Positions 53,408 to 64,000 of a DNA stretch of 64,000 nucleotides are shown here, piece after piece. Under the pieces are notes generated by a model. The model was given only the letters and a program-made list of their open reading frames with translations. It made no database searches and had not been told where the DNA came from. Source of the DNA: Octopus vulgaris. Lineage: Eukaryota. The translations under genes and the position numbers were made by a program. Every line of letters starts with the position of its first letter. The stretch's first letter is position 1. The stretch lies in the NCBI GenBank assembly GCA_951406725.2, contig OX597824.1, positions 83,638,001 to 83,702,000 of the forward strand, in the 5' to 3' direction.

Positions 53408-54186
53408 GGTCAAACTAAAGGGTTTGATCCGAGCAAAAGAAAAAAATAGTGCAATAGGTGTAAAATAGTGTGTAGTAAACGAATATGAAAAAAAAAAATG
53501 GATGCTGGCGAACAGGGTGCAGGGGAGAGGTCTCAGAAAATTCCCATCGGGAATGTTCCGAGTCCTTTCACCACTTTCCTGTTCGTCAGAAAAAATTTTT
53601 TTTCTTCATATTCATTTACTACACATTATTTTACACCTAGTACACTATTTTTTTTTTCAATTTTTGTGTTGGGGTGGAGTGTGGACTCGGATAATTCACA
53701 CGATCCAGTAACTCAGGTCAAACACTGGAGTTTAAAGGTCAAGGCCTGAATTTTCCGAGTCCTCTCTTTGCACCCCTCCATTTGCCAGTGCGCCTTTTTT
53801 TTCATATTTGTTTGCTACATGTTGTTTTACACCTATTACACTATGTTTTTTTTTTCATTTTTGTGACTGAGTGTCAAAGTGGGTTTACTGGATTGTGTGA
53901 ATTATCCGAGTCCACACCCCACCCACCCCCATCACAAAAATTGAAAAAGAAATAGTGTACTAGGTGTAAAATAATGTGTAGTAGACGAATATGAAGAAAA
54001 ACAAATTTCACTGACAGACGGAAAAGTGGTGTGGGAACTTGGAACATTCCTGATGTGAATTTTCCAAGTCCTCTCACCTGCACCCCATTTACCAGTACGC
54101 ATTGTTTTTTCATATTTGTTTGCTACATGTTGTACACCTATTGCACTATTTTTTTTTTGCTTGGGTCAAACACTTTAGTTTTTACC
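53408..54186. mobile_element. Long foldback element with arms of about 300 bp and internal subrepeats
   Basis: GGTCAAACTAAAGGGTTTGATCCGAGCAAAA mirrored by TTTTGCTTGGGTCAAACACTTTAGTTTTTACC; GGACTCGGATAATTCACAC mirrored by GTGTGAATTATCCGAGTCC. Confidence 0.85.
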
Positions 54187-54551
54187 AAAGCGGGGGCGGG
54201 GGGAGTCGACTACATTGACCCCAGTACTTAGTGCATTTCGCCCAGCATGCATGTGTGTATGTTTGTGTGCCTGTCTTTGTCCCCCCATCATCGCTTGACA
54301 ACCGGTGTTGGTGTGTTTACATCCCTGTAACCTAGTGGTTCAGCGAAAGAGACTGATAGAATAAGTACTTGGTTTACAAAGAATAAGTCCTGGGGTCAAT
54401 TTGTTTGACTAAAAGTGGTGCTCCAGCATGGCCATAGTCTAATGACTGAAACAAATAAATTAAAGATTAAAGAAAATTTTGATACACAGCTTCGTTTCTG
54501 CAATAACCTCTAACCCATTGATGGGAAAGGAAAGAAATCATTGGATATTGC

Positions 54552-54990
54552 CATCATCATCATCATTGTTCGACTATGGTCGAGACAATGGAATTTACCA
54601 TGCTATGCCAGACCTCACAGTCCATCATAGCATTACGGAGGTCCTGTTGCTGGATGCCTGTATCCCTGGAGATTACATCAGGGTAGGAGAGTGTGCGCTG
54701 TCTGGTATCGTGAGTAGATGGCTTCCAGAAGAGAAGAGTAGAAATTACCTCGTTTTCAGCTCTACAACAATGTCCAGCAAACTGGACTCTTCTACCTTTC
54801 ACAAGAGATGATTTATGGTAGTTTCCCATATATTTGCATTTTGGTTGGATGACGCTTCCACGAGAGATTTTGAGCTCTCATACGGAGGTGAGTGTAAGTT
54901 CCATCTAACCGCCTCTCAAGCGTCTTTGATAACGTCCAGGTTTCTGAGCCATATAGTAGAATTGGTTCGACTGTGGCTTTGAAGATTTGC
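54552..54990 (-). mobile_element. RTE LINE 3' fragment, second copy
   Basis: Same family as 36345-36868; ...SIVSTIVEQ* then (TGA)n. Confidence 0.9.
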
Positions 54991-55229
54991 CATAGGGATC
55001 AGCACTTTAGGATGGCTGCCAGCCCTTTGACCGATTTTGTCTTTTCATCCCACAGAGGGTTCAAAAACTACCCTCCTATTTTTGCATTTCTAATTTTGGA
55101 AGCCCTGTAGAAATATAGGTACCATTACCCGTCCTCCTCTGACTAAGCTATTGAATAATGAAATGATCCCCATGCTCTTTTAGAAACCTCCAAACTAATG
55201 CAATTCATTTTCTTTCTTTCTTCCACTAG

Positions 55230-55578
55230 TTAAAAGATATTTTGGTACGGACCATCAATGACTGGATATCCCTGTTTGACGAAGACAACTTAAAGTACCT
55301 GCCTCTCCTGAAAATGGAACTGACGTTTGATGATGAGAAAATGCAGTTCTACCCACCATCCGGTGATTTAGAAGAGAGTTTGATTTATGTTGTCGAAACG
55401 ATATGCAACACTCTGCAGAAGATACCTACAGTTCAGTGCTGGCTGGCTGAATCCCAAAGCAGCAATGAATATATTGATGCCACCGTTGCAGACCACATCG
55501 TTCAGAATGCCAAAAGCCAACTCCAGAAGGCTGTTGATAGGAATTTCCATGATCCTCAAAACCAACTTCAGTCTTTCG
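55230..55578 (+). CDS. DNAH12: DNAH12-like coding exon 9
   Basis: Acceptor TTCTTCCACTAG; LKDILVRTINDWISLFD...LPLLKMELTFDDEKMQFYP versus LKDLLRRTV...LPIFKIELTFDDDKMEFYP; donor GTCAGT (phase 1). Confidence 0.96.
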
Positions 55579-55733
55579 GTCAGTGCTCTTATATTTACAT
55601 GTTTTTCATGTTTAATTCAATCTGATCTCATTTATGCACTAGTCAGAAAAGAAGAGGTAGTACCCATGGACCTTATTTTTCTTTTAGGTCCTCCTGAATG
55701 ATGATGAGAAAGGGAAGGAATCAGAGGATATTG

Positions 55734-56141
55734 GGATCTTTTCGGTTTGACCGGCAGTTTTTTAAAATAATTTCCACGTAACTAAACACTTTTAAACTTT
55801 GTATACTGGTAGAATGTGTTTATAAAATATCTTTTTCTCTTGGCTTTATTGAGAAAATTCTATAGTTTGTAAGATATTTGTTGTTTTTTTTTCTGCAATT
55901 TCAACCAATCACTGACGTCTATTGAGGTGAAAACATTCTGTGCCATATGAATATGTCCCTCATTTAAGAAACAGATTGGGTTTATTTACATTTCTGAAGA
56001 AAAAAAGATACCCTTCCCCCCACCCCTAACCCTAACCCTAACACAGATTGAAATGCAATAGATCGATAATAGGGTCATAATTATGGGTGACAATTTCATA
56101 TGACACCGCTAGAAAAACTGCCGTTCAAACCGAAAAGATCC
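55734..56141 (-). mobile_element. MITE of 408 bp, second copy, inverted relative to 9840-10248
   Basis: GGATCTTTTCGGTTTG...CAAACCGAAAAGATCC; perfect 8-bp TSD GGATATTG; internal (CCCTAA)3. Confidence 0.92.
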
Positions 56142-56576
56142 GGATATTGCTATAGGAATCAGCACTTTCAGATGGCTGCCAATAATTCCTCTGAGTTTAT
56201 CTGCCCTTTGACCAGTTTTGTTTTCTCATCCTGCAGAGGGTTCAAAAACTACCTTCCTTTCCAAGCAAGCTTATGGTGTTGCCAAAGGCCCAACATTGGA
56301 ATAGGATGTACTGGGTTACATGTTACCAGTAGCACTCAAGAGCAACCTGAAACCATCTAACTATGGAAAAACGGATGCTGCGCATGGCTTAGTGGTTGGG
56401 GTGTTGGACTCATGATCATAAGATTGTGATTTCGATTCCTGGACCGAGCGATGCATTGTGTTCTTAAGCAAAACACTTCATTTCACGTTGGTCTAGTCTA
56501 CAAAGCTGGCAAAAATGAATAATCCAGCAACAGACTGCCATCTCGTCCATCTTCCATGCATGCATGGATATTTATA

Positions 56577-56620
<44 letters not shown>

Positions 56621-56621
56621 C

Positions 56622-56673
<52 letters not shown>

Positions 56674-56699
56674 GTATATATATACATATATAAAAATTC

Positions 56700-57095
56700 G
56701 AGCTTGGTCGTTGCCAGTACCGCCTGACTGGCCCCCGTGCCGGTGGCATGTAAAAGCACCCACTACACTCTCGGAGTGGTTGGCATTAGGAAGGGCATCT
56801 AGCTGTAGAAACTCTGCTAGATCAAGACTGGAGTTTAGTGCAGCCATCTGGTTCGCCAGCCCACAGTCAAACCGTCCAACCCATGCTAGCATGGAAAGTG
56901 AACGTTAAACGATGATAATGATGATGATGATGATGATCATCATCATCATCGTTAGCGTCCGCTTTCCATGCTAGCATGGGTTGGACGGTTCAACTGGGGT
57001 CTGGGAAGCCAGAAGGCTGCACCAAGCCCAGTTTGATCTGGCAATGTTTCTACGGCTGGATGCCCTTCCTAACGCCAACCACTCCATGAGTGTAG
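56700..57095. mobile_element. Two family D SINEs tail to tail
   Basis: ...GAACGTTAAAC(GAT)n|(CAT)nCGTTAGCGTCCGCTTTCCATGC; junction near 56937. Confidence 0.85.
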
Positions 57096-57126
<31 letters not shown>

Positions 57127-57137
57127 GTATATATATG

Positions 57138-57168
<31 letters not shown>

Positions 57169-57286
57169 GTGTATATATATATATATACTAAGTACATCCG
57201 ACTCACTAGAAAGAGCAGCTAAACTCCAAACCACTAATAGTTGTAATTCTGAAATGAAAAGAGAAATAGAAATGTTTACCCTCTCG

Positions 57287-57379
57287 TTTCTGGACTATGC
57301 ATAGTTTCGGCAATCTTTTGCAAATAAATTAAATTAAATTAAATTTATTTACCACTGGCGTTGCACTCATCAGCAGAAA
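57287..57379 (-). ncRNA. Type I hammerhead ribozyme motif, copy 1
   Basis: Minus strand TTTCTG-CTGATGA-G...C-GAAA-CTATGCATA-GTC-CAGAAA: stem I 6 bp, intact core, stem III with GUC triplet. Confidence 0.82.
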
Positions 57380-57751
57380 AGCCAAGGACTACCATATATT
57401 CACGAGGCGATAACGAGAATGCCTCGAGTCTATATGCTATAAATTTTCAAAATCCACAGCATTCGCACGGTTTTCTCAGCAGTAAATATAAACTGCCGAT
57501 TTAATTTCAAAATTAGCCAAAAAATCATTAATTAATAAATTTTAGGGTAGCAAAAAATTCTAGAAAAATTCTCCGCTACCAGCGGTCAAGTGAGAAAGAA
57601 AAATAGTCAATAGACTATATAATATACATTCAAACATATAAGGGATGGCTATAATAGGACATCCGACACACTAGAAAGAGCAGCTAAACTGCAAACCACT
57701 AATAGTTGTAATTCTGAAATGGAAAGAGAAATAGAAACGTTTACCCTCTCG

Positions 57752-57844
57752 TTTCTGGACTATGCATAGTTTCGGCAATCTTTTGCAAATAAATAAAATA
57801 AAATAAAATTTATTTACCACTGGCATTGAACTCATCAGCAGAAA
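57752..57844 (-). ncRNA. Type I hammerhead ribozyme motif, copy 2
   Basis: Same core, stem I and stem III, exactly 465 nt from copy 1. Confidence 0.8.
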
Positions 57845-58166
57845 AGCCAAGGACTACCATATATTCACGAGGCGATAACGAGCATGTCTCGAGTCTATAT
57901 GCTATAAATTTTTAAAATCCACCACATTCGCGCGGTTTTCTCAGCAGTAAATATAAACTGTCGATTTAATTTCAAAATTAGCCAAAAAATCATTAATTAA
58001 TAAATTTTAAGGTAATTAATTATTTTTTGGCTAATTTTGAAATTAAATCGGCAGTTTATATTTACTGCTGAGAAAACCGCACGAATGCGGTGGATTTTGA
58101 AAATTTATAGCATATAGACTCGAGACATGCTCGTTATCGCTCGTGAATATATGGTAGTCCTTGGCT

Positions 58167-58259
58167 TTTTTGCTGATGAGTTCAATGCCTGTGGTAAAGA
58201 AATTTAATTTAATTTAATTTATTTGCAAAAGAATGCCGAAACTATGCATAGTCCAGAAA
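58167..58259 (+). ncRNA. Type I hammerhead ribozyme motif, copy 3 (sense to the dynein pre-mRNA)
   Basis: TTTTTG-CTGATGA(58173-58179)-G...C-GAAA(58238-58241)-CTATGCATA-GTC(58251-58253)-CAGAAA; one G-U pair in stem I. Confidence 0.75.
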
Positions 58260-58624
58260 CAAGAGGGTAAACATTTCTATTTCTCTTTCCATTTCAGAAT
58301 TACAACTATTAGTGGTTTGCAGTTTAGCTGCTCTTTCTAGTGAGTCGGATGTCCTATTATAGCCATCCCTTATATGTTTGAATGTATATTATATAGTCTA
58401 TTGACTATCTTTTCTTTCTCACTTGACCGCTGGTAGCGGAGAATTTTTCTAGAATTTTTTGCTACCCTAAAATTTATTAATATATATATATACATATACA
58501 TATACATATATATACATATATATATACATATATATGTATATATGCACACACACACACATAGGGATGAACTGACAGATGGTCAGATGATATGTATACTGAT
58601 GCACAATATATGTCCCTTTTGTAG

Positions 58625-58716
58625 TGGATGAATATGGTTATATGGTTGATGGATCAGCTTCTGTGCAAATTGAGAAATTCATTAGTGAAGACCGAAGTTT
58701 TGAAGAATACATCGAG
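58625..58716 (+). CDS. DNAH12: DNAH12-like coding exon 10 (gene continues past the window)
   Basis: Acceptor CCCTTTTGTAG; VDEYGYMVDGSASVQIEKFISEDRSFEEYIE versus VEKYNWLLDGTAVENIETFQTEDHTFDEYTE; donor GTAAGT. Confidence 0.94.
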
Positions 58717-60569
58717 GTAAGTTGTACAAGACGAATCTTTTACCTGAATTCTTGTTACTATCATCAGCTGCCATCAATCTTTGAATTCCCCTGTACATCT
58801 CTTGCATCCATTTCACATTATTGTTCACAATTTTAACTCATTCATGTTCTGAAAACTCAACTTCTTTATACCTTAACTTTCTACAAGGTCTTTCATTCAA
58901 TCCCGAAATAGTTGAAAGCATTTTTGATTCAAGTAGATTGCATATCTCTGCCTGACACTGAATCAGTTTTTGTCATATTGATTTTTGGTATTCACTTGAA
59001 AGGTCTTTGTTAGGGCTGTATCCCAGTTACTGGAACTAAAAGAGGGAACTACAACTTGGCTATTCTATTGTCTAATGGCAGTTGAGTAGAAAATTTAGTT
59101 CATTCTTTCACTGATTTCTTTCATTAGATTTCAGCAATGCTGTGACATTTCTTTTGAGGGTTTTTGTCCTTTGTATTGATCCTTAATATTTATTGTAAGC
59201 TGGGTTACCTTTTTGACATAGAACGATGCAGATTAATTCATCTCAGACTGGTGTACACTGGCATACACAAAAACAGTCACATACTTACGTACCCATATGT
59301 TTACACTCATATGCATACGCACACATACATGCATACACACACACTCACACACATATACATACATATATATATATCACCACCACCATCATCATCATCATCA
59401 TCATTTAATATCCATTCTCCATGCTGGCATGGGTTGGACAGTTTAACCAGAAGTGGTAAACTGAGGGGCTGCACCAGACTCCAGTCTTATTTGGCATAGT
59501 TTGTATAGCTGGATGTCCTTCCTAATACACACACACAACACACACACACACACACACACACACAAGTTATATTTAAAATTAAAGCTGTATAATTAAAGTA
59601 TATGTTTGTGTACGTGTGTGTCTATGTGTGTACATTGATACCTGTGTGTGTATACATTTATATATGTATATATATGTATCTATAAATACATACATACATA
59701 CATACATATGTATGTATGGATGTGTATGTATATATATATATGTGCATGTGAATGTCTGCATTCTCTCTCGTTGCTCACATATGACCATTGTCCATCTTTC
59801 TTTTCCTACACGACTTTCTAAGGAGTAGATGTCTTCTATCTTTTCTCTTTTCAAAGAAAATATTTCTCCCAGCATTCACTATTTTCCTCTCATCCTGGTC
59901 TATCAACCCTCCATGTGAATATATATGATTATGTCCAGCCTGTGTGAATATATGTGATTATGTCCAACTTGTATATACCAGATGTTTTAATGAATAGATT
60001 TATCGATCAATTCCGATATTGGATTGCATAGAGATTATGGATCAGTTGTCACATCAAATGCTGTTGGGTCCTTGTTACACAGATTTAGGGATAACTTCCT
60101 AAGCTTAAAAGTGATCATCACTGTTGACCTAAAAATTGCAACTGCTTAGATCATCATCATCATCATGAATTAGCATCTGCTTTCCATGCTGGTATGGGTT
60201 AGATGGTTTGAATGACACTGGTAAGCTGGAGAGCTGCACCAGGTCCCAATTTGATTTGGCATGGCTTCTATGACTGGATGCCCTTCCTAACACCAACCAC
60301 TCCAAGAATGTAATGGTTGCTTTTTACATACCACCAGTACAGGTGCCAGTTTATGTGACACCAGCATCAGCCATGACTACGATTTCACTTGTCTTGACAG
60401 GTCTTTTCAAGCACAGCATATTGCCAAAGATCTTGGTCACTTATCATTCATTGCTTCTGTGTGGGCCCAATGTCCAGAGGGTGCTTTTTACATGACACCA
60501 GCATTGGCCATGACTACGATTTCACTAGGCTTCACAGGCCTAGATACTGACTCAAATACACCTACAACT

Positions 60570-60885
60570 AACTAATTGACCTACGTTAACTACATGTTTT
60601 GTCACCCAACCATAGATTTCAAAAATCTAGTCAACAACCTCAGCAGAAGGATCTCAAACCTCTCTTCTATCAAAGAGATTTTTGATTGAACCATTTCATA
60701 TTACAGTAGTCCTTCTGTAAATAGTGGTGTCAAAGACAAATCTCTGCATGTGCCTAACCACCGTTTCCCAAATAAGAACAGGCCCCGCTATCCTATCATG
60801 TTCACATCCCCATACTCATTGGATGTAAAAACCAACATAGCCCAAATCTTCCTAGCACTAGTAGATAAGCATTTTTATGACTGTC
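60570..60885 (+). mobile_element. Penelope-like element ORF relic (RT thumb / linker)
   Basis: YVNYMFCHPTIDFKNLVNNLSRRISNLSSIKEIF and KNRPRYPIMFTSPYSLDVKTNIAQIFLALVDKHF resemble PLE motifs HPP...RLS.LSS and WFNPPFS..V.TNIGK.FL.LIDKHF. Confidence 0.8.
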
Positions 60886-60911
60886 ACCACTACATGAAAA
60901 AAATTTCAACA

Positions 60912-61330
60912 GGCGCAGGAGTGGCTGTGTGGTAAGTAGCTTGCTTACCAACCACATGGATCCGGGTTCAGTCCCACTGCGTGGCATCTTGGGCAAGTGT
61001 CTTCTGCTATAGCCTTGGGCCGACCAATGTCTTGGGAGTGGATTTGGTAGACGGAAACTGAAAGAAGCCCGTCGTATATATGTATATATATATATGTATG
61101 TGTGTGTATATGTTTGTGTGTCTGTGTTTGTCCCCCTAGCATTGCTTGACGACCGATGCTGGTGTGTTTACGTCCCCGTCACTTAGCGGTTTAGCAAAAG
61201 AGACCGATAGAATAAGTACTAGGCTTACAAAGAATAAGTCCTGGGGTCGATTTGCTCGACTAAAGGCGGTGCTCCAGCATGGCCGCAGTCAAATGACTGA
61301 AACAAGTAAAAGAGTAAAAGAGTATAAAAG
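60912..61330 (+). mobile_element. SINE family A, full length
   Basis: Matches 7293-7700. Confidence 0.9.
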
Positions 61331-61902
61331 AGATGTTTGAAAGTGAATAATGTTGCACTTGTGAAATGAAAACCATCTTAATATACAAATGGTGAAGACC
61401 ATAGAAACAAGATGCCTTAACAAAGACACTGAAGCATGTACACTGAACTTACTTTCTAACACCAAGTCTTTAGCATACAAAGTCATACTTACCTCTACTA
61501 ATTCAAATGGGTCAATCAATAGTAAACATTACATAGGAATGGTAGAGGGCAAGTTCAAGCAATGATACTCCAGCCAAAGTACTTCCTTCAGGCATATTGA
61601 TAAGAGTAAGAACAACACTGCTATCTAATTACAATTGGCAGCTGAATAAAAACATCAATTATTAAATAAAATGGAAAATGCTGGAGCTGATGTCGCTTAT
61701 GCACTGTAAAGAAGCATATTATATTAAAAATCCTTAATGGTCCTGTAATGTATTTTGATACAAGGTAAGAGATTTTTGGCTGGAGTTCTGGATTCAGTAC
61801 CACTGCATGGCACCTTTGGCAAATGTCTTCTAGTATAATCCCAGACTGACCAAAGGCTTGTGAGTGGGTCTATTAATAGGAAACTAAAAGAAGCTCATCA
61901 AG

Positions 61903-61936
<34 letters not shown>

Positions 61937-62879
61937 ACTTTATTTAAAAGCATCAGAAATATAACAAAAGCTGTTACTCAGAGTTTCATGTATGTATGTA
62001 TGCACATATGTACATACATACATTCATACATACATACATATAAATATAAGTCTGATGCAGACCCTCAGCTTATCAGCCCTGGTCTAACCCATGCCAACAT
62101 GGACAACAGATGTTAAATGATGATGATGGTGATATATATATTATTTTTGTGTATCATCATCATCATTATCGTTTAATGTCTGCTTTGTGTGTGTGTATGT
62201 GAATTTTTCCTTATCTTGACATATTGTGATTGTTGTAAATGAGTTTCACCATCATATAAACAGTGTCCTTTGTTTCCAGGCCTGCATGGAAACATGTCTG
62301 GCCATGGGGGAATGTTACCTTCCTTGCCAGCAGGTAAGGGTTGATGACAGGAAGGGCATCTGGTCATAGAAAAAAAAATCTACCTCAACAAATTCCATAT
62401 GACTCATGCAAGCATGGAAAAGTGGACGTTAAAAGGCTGTGATGATGTGATTTAGAGGAAGATTTGACTGCTTTGCCAGCTAGTCAAGTGACCATGTAGT
62501 AGCTTGCCTATTGGCTGGTCCAGTAAAAGTGCATAATGTGATAACATCTAGTATCGTATAATGAGATATTCTTTGTTTTGTGTTATAAAATTTTGATTCC
62601 CACAACAAAGAAATGAAATCATGAAAGTGCTGGCTTTAAAGAAGTAAAGATATTATTCCTGTTGTTATTGTTGTTGTTGTTGTTTTAGCTGTGGTAGTTG
62701 TTGTTGTTGTTAGTGATAATGTTGTTGTTATTGTTGTCTCTTGTAGCCGAGAAAAAAAATAATTTGCTTTGGTTCATTTAAGAAATAAGTAAATAATGGT
62801 GGCTTGCATGTTGACTGGATTAGTGCAAAATTTAAATAACATTTCCTATATTGTGTGTGCATGTGTGAGTGTGAGTGTG

Positions 62880-62914
<35 letters not shown>

Positions 62915-62917
62915 GTA

Positions 62918-63075
62918 CGAGGGGATGCTGAAAAGTTCCTGGCTTTGGGTAAAAGAAAATGTAGGAGGATCAGTTAATTATGATTTTATCTAGCAAATTC
63001 CCTGTTCAGATTCACACACTTATTGTAGTGGTCCTTCAGTTTTTCTAAGCCCTGTAAAAGAACTCGGAAAGTTGG
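62918..63075 (-). mobile_element. Mariner 3' end with TIR
   Basis: TA|CGAGGGGATGCTGAAAAGTTCCTGGCTTT; minus strand QGLEKLKDHYNKCVNLNREF resembles the mariner C-terminus GI.KL..RW.KC. Confidence 0.75.
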
Positions 63076-63488
63076 GCCTCCTATCGGGCCTTTTGCGATA
63101 CCATTAAAACTAGTTTCAGTGCCCACTAAGGAAGGAAGGGGTGATAGACGAATAAGGAAGGAAGGGGTGATGTCAAACTGGAGTTGGGATGGTGAACATT
63201 CAACGCTGAAAAGAAAAATCAAACAGCGTTTCAACTCCGTGTGAGTATGTGCGTGTATGTGTGTGCATGTACAAGGGAAGTATGTGAACGTTTGTATGTG
63301 TAATTATTATGTACTTTATTTTATATCTTATTTATATATAAAATACTACAATTAGCCATCATTTTTGACAGCATGGGGCTACCTAGTGTATATATAATAT
63401 ATATCATTGTCATCATTTAATGTTTACTTTTCTGTGCTTGCAAAGGTCAGACAGAATTTATTGAGGAAGATTCTCTATGTCCAGATGC

Positions 63489-63533
<45 letters not shown>

Positions 63534-63624
63534 GAGAGTATTGTAGTTTGCTTGAAGCATTATGTATTGTTTGTGAAATATAACATGTCTTGAATGGCAC
63601 AACAATGCAGAGTGGACTATAATA

Positions 63625-64000
63625 TCTCTCTCTATATAAACGGCAGTTTGTCTGTCTGTGTGTCTGTCAGGTTGTACCCTCACCCTGACCATGGCTCTCA
63701 ACCGATTCTGATGAAACTTGACACACACATAGCCCAATGTCATAATTCAAAACTAACGCAGCAAAAATTTTGAAAAGTTCCCCCAGTTCTGAAAAAAATC
63801 GAGAAATTCGACATGGGGTCGAGAATCAGAAACACAAACCACAGATTGTCTAGGGGACGCAACTCGACCTTTTTAACTCTCAACTCCATCAATATCCAGC
63901 TACTTGAAGCTATTCCTGGTGATGTCCACGTCTACAAATCTATTGATAAGACAGCAGACCCCGCCGAGCTTGCCAATTATCCTGTTGAATTCCTGAATTC
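63625..64000 (+). mobile_element. Helitron 5' end joined to a Pif1-like helicase fragment (cut by the window edge)
   Basis: A|TCTCTCTCTATATAAA, GTCT repeats, AACCGATTCTGATGAAACTT; 63882-64000 encodes NSINIQLLEAIPGDVHVYKSIDKTADPAELANYPVEFLNS. Confidence 0.85.

Larger units (their letters stand above)
57194..58481. mobile_element. Penelope pseudo-LTR or retrozyme-like array: 465-bp unit, about 1.75 tandem copies plus one inverted copy
   Basis: ACATCCGAC(T/A)CACTAGAAAGAGCAGC at 57194 and 57659; palindrome arms 57531-57999 and 58013-58481; flanked by (TA)n. Confidence 0.85.

Noticed and set aside
58717-64000. Further dynein exon
   Set aside because: No phase-0 exon matching the expected continuation was found; probably beyond the window

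Overview
AT-rich, repeat-dense eukaryotic DNA. The SINE families and microsatellite load look like an Octopus (coleoid cephalopod) genome; this is recognition from memory, not a search. One host gene is recoverable on the + strand: the first ten coding exons (10406-58716, 1374 nt, 458 codons, all GT-AG introns with consistent phases) of an axonemal inner-arm dynein heavy chain most like DNAH12. It includes a 27-nt microexon and continues beyond the window. Almost all ORFs in the supplied track are microsatellite or SINE artefacts. The introns hold tRNA-derived SINEs, RTE/CR1/Penelope fragments, Helitrons, several MITEs with readable target-site duplications, mariner relics and a solo LTR. The most notable item is at 57194-58481: a 465-bp unit in tandem and then inverted (about 470-bp palindrome). 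Each copy carries a complete type I hammerhead ribozyme motif with an unusually long stem II, as in Penelope pseudo-LTRs or retrozymes, and one copy is sense to the dynein pre-mRNA.
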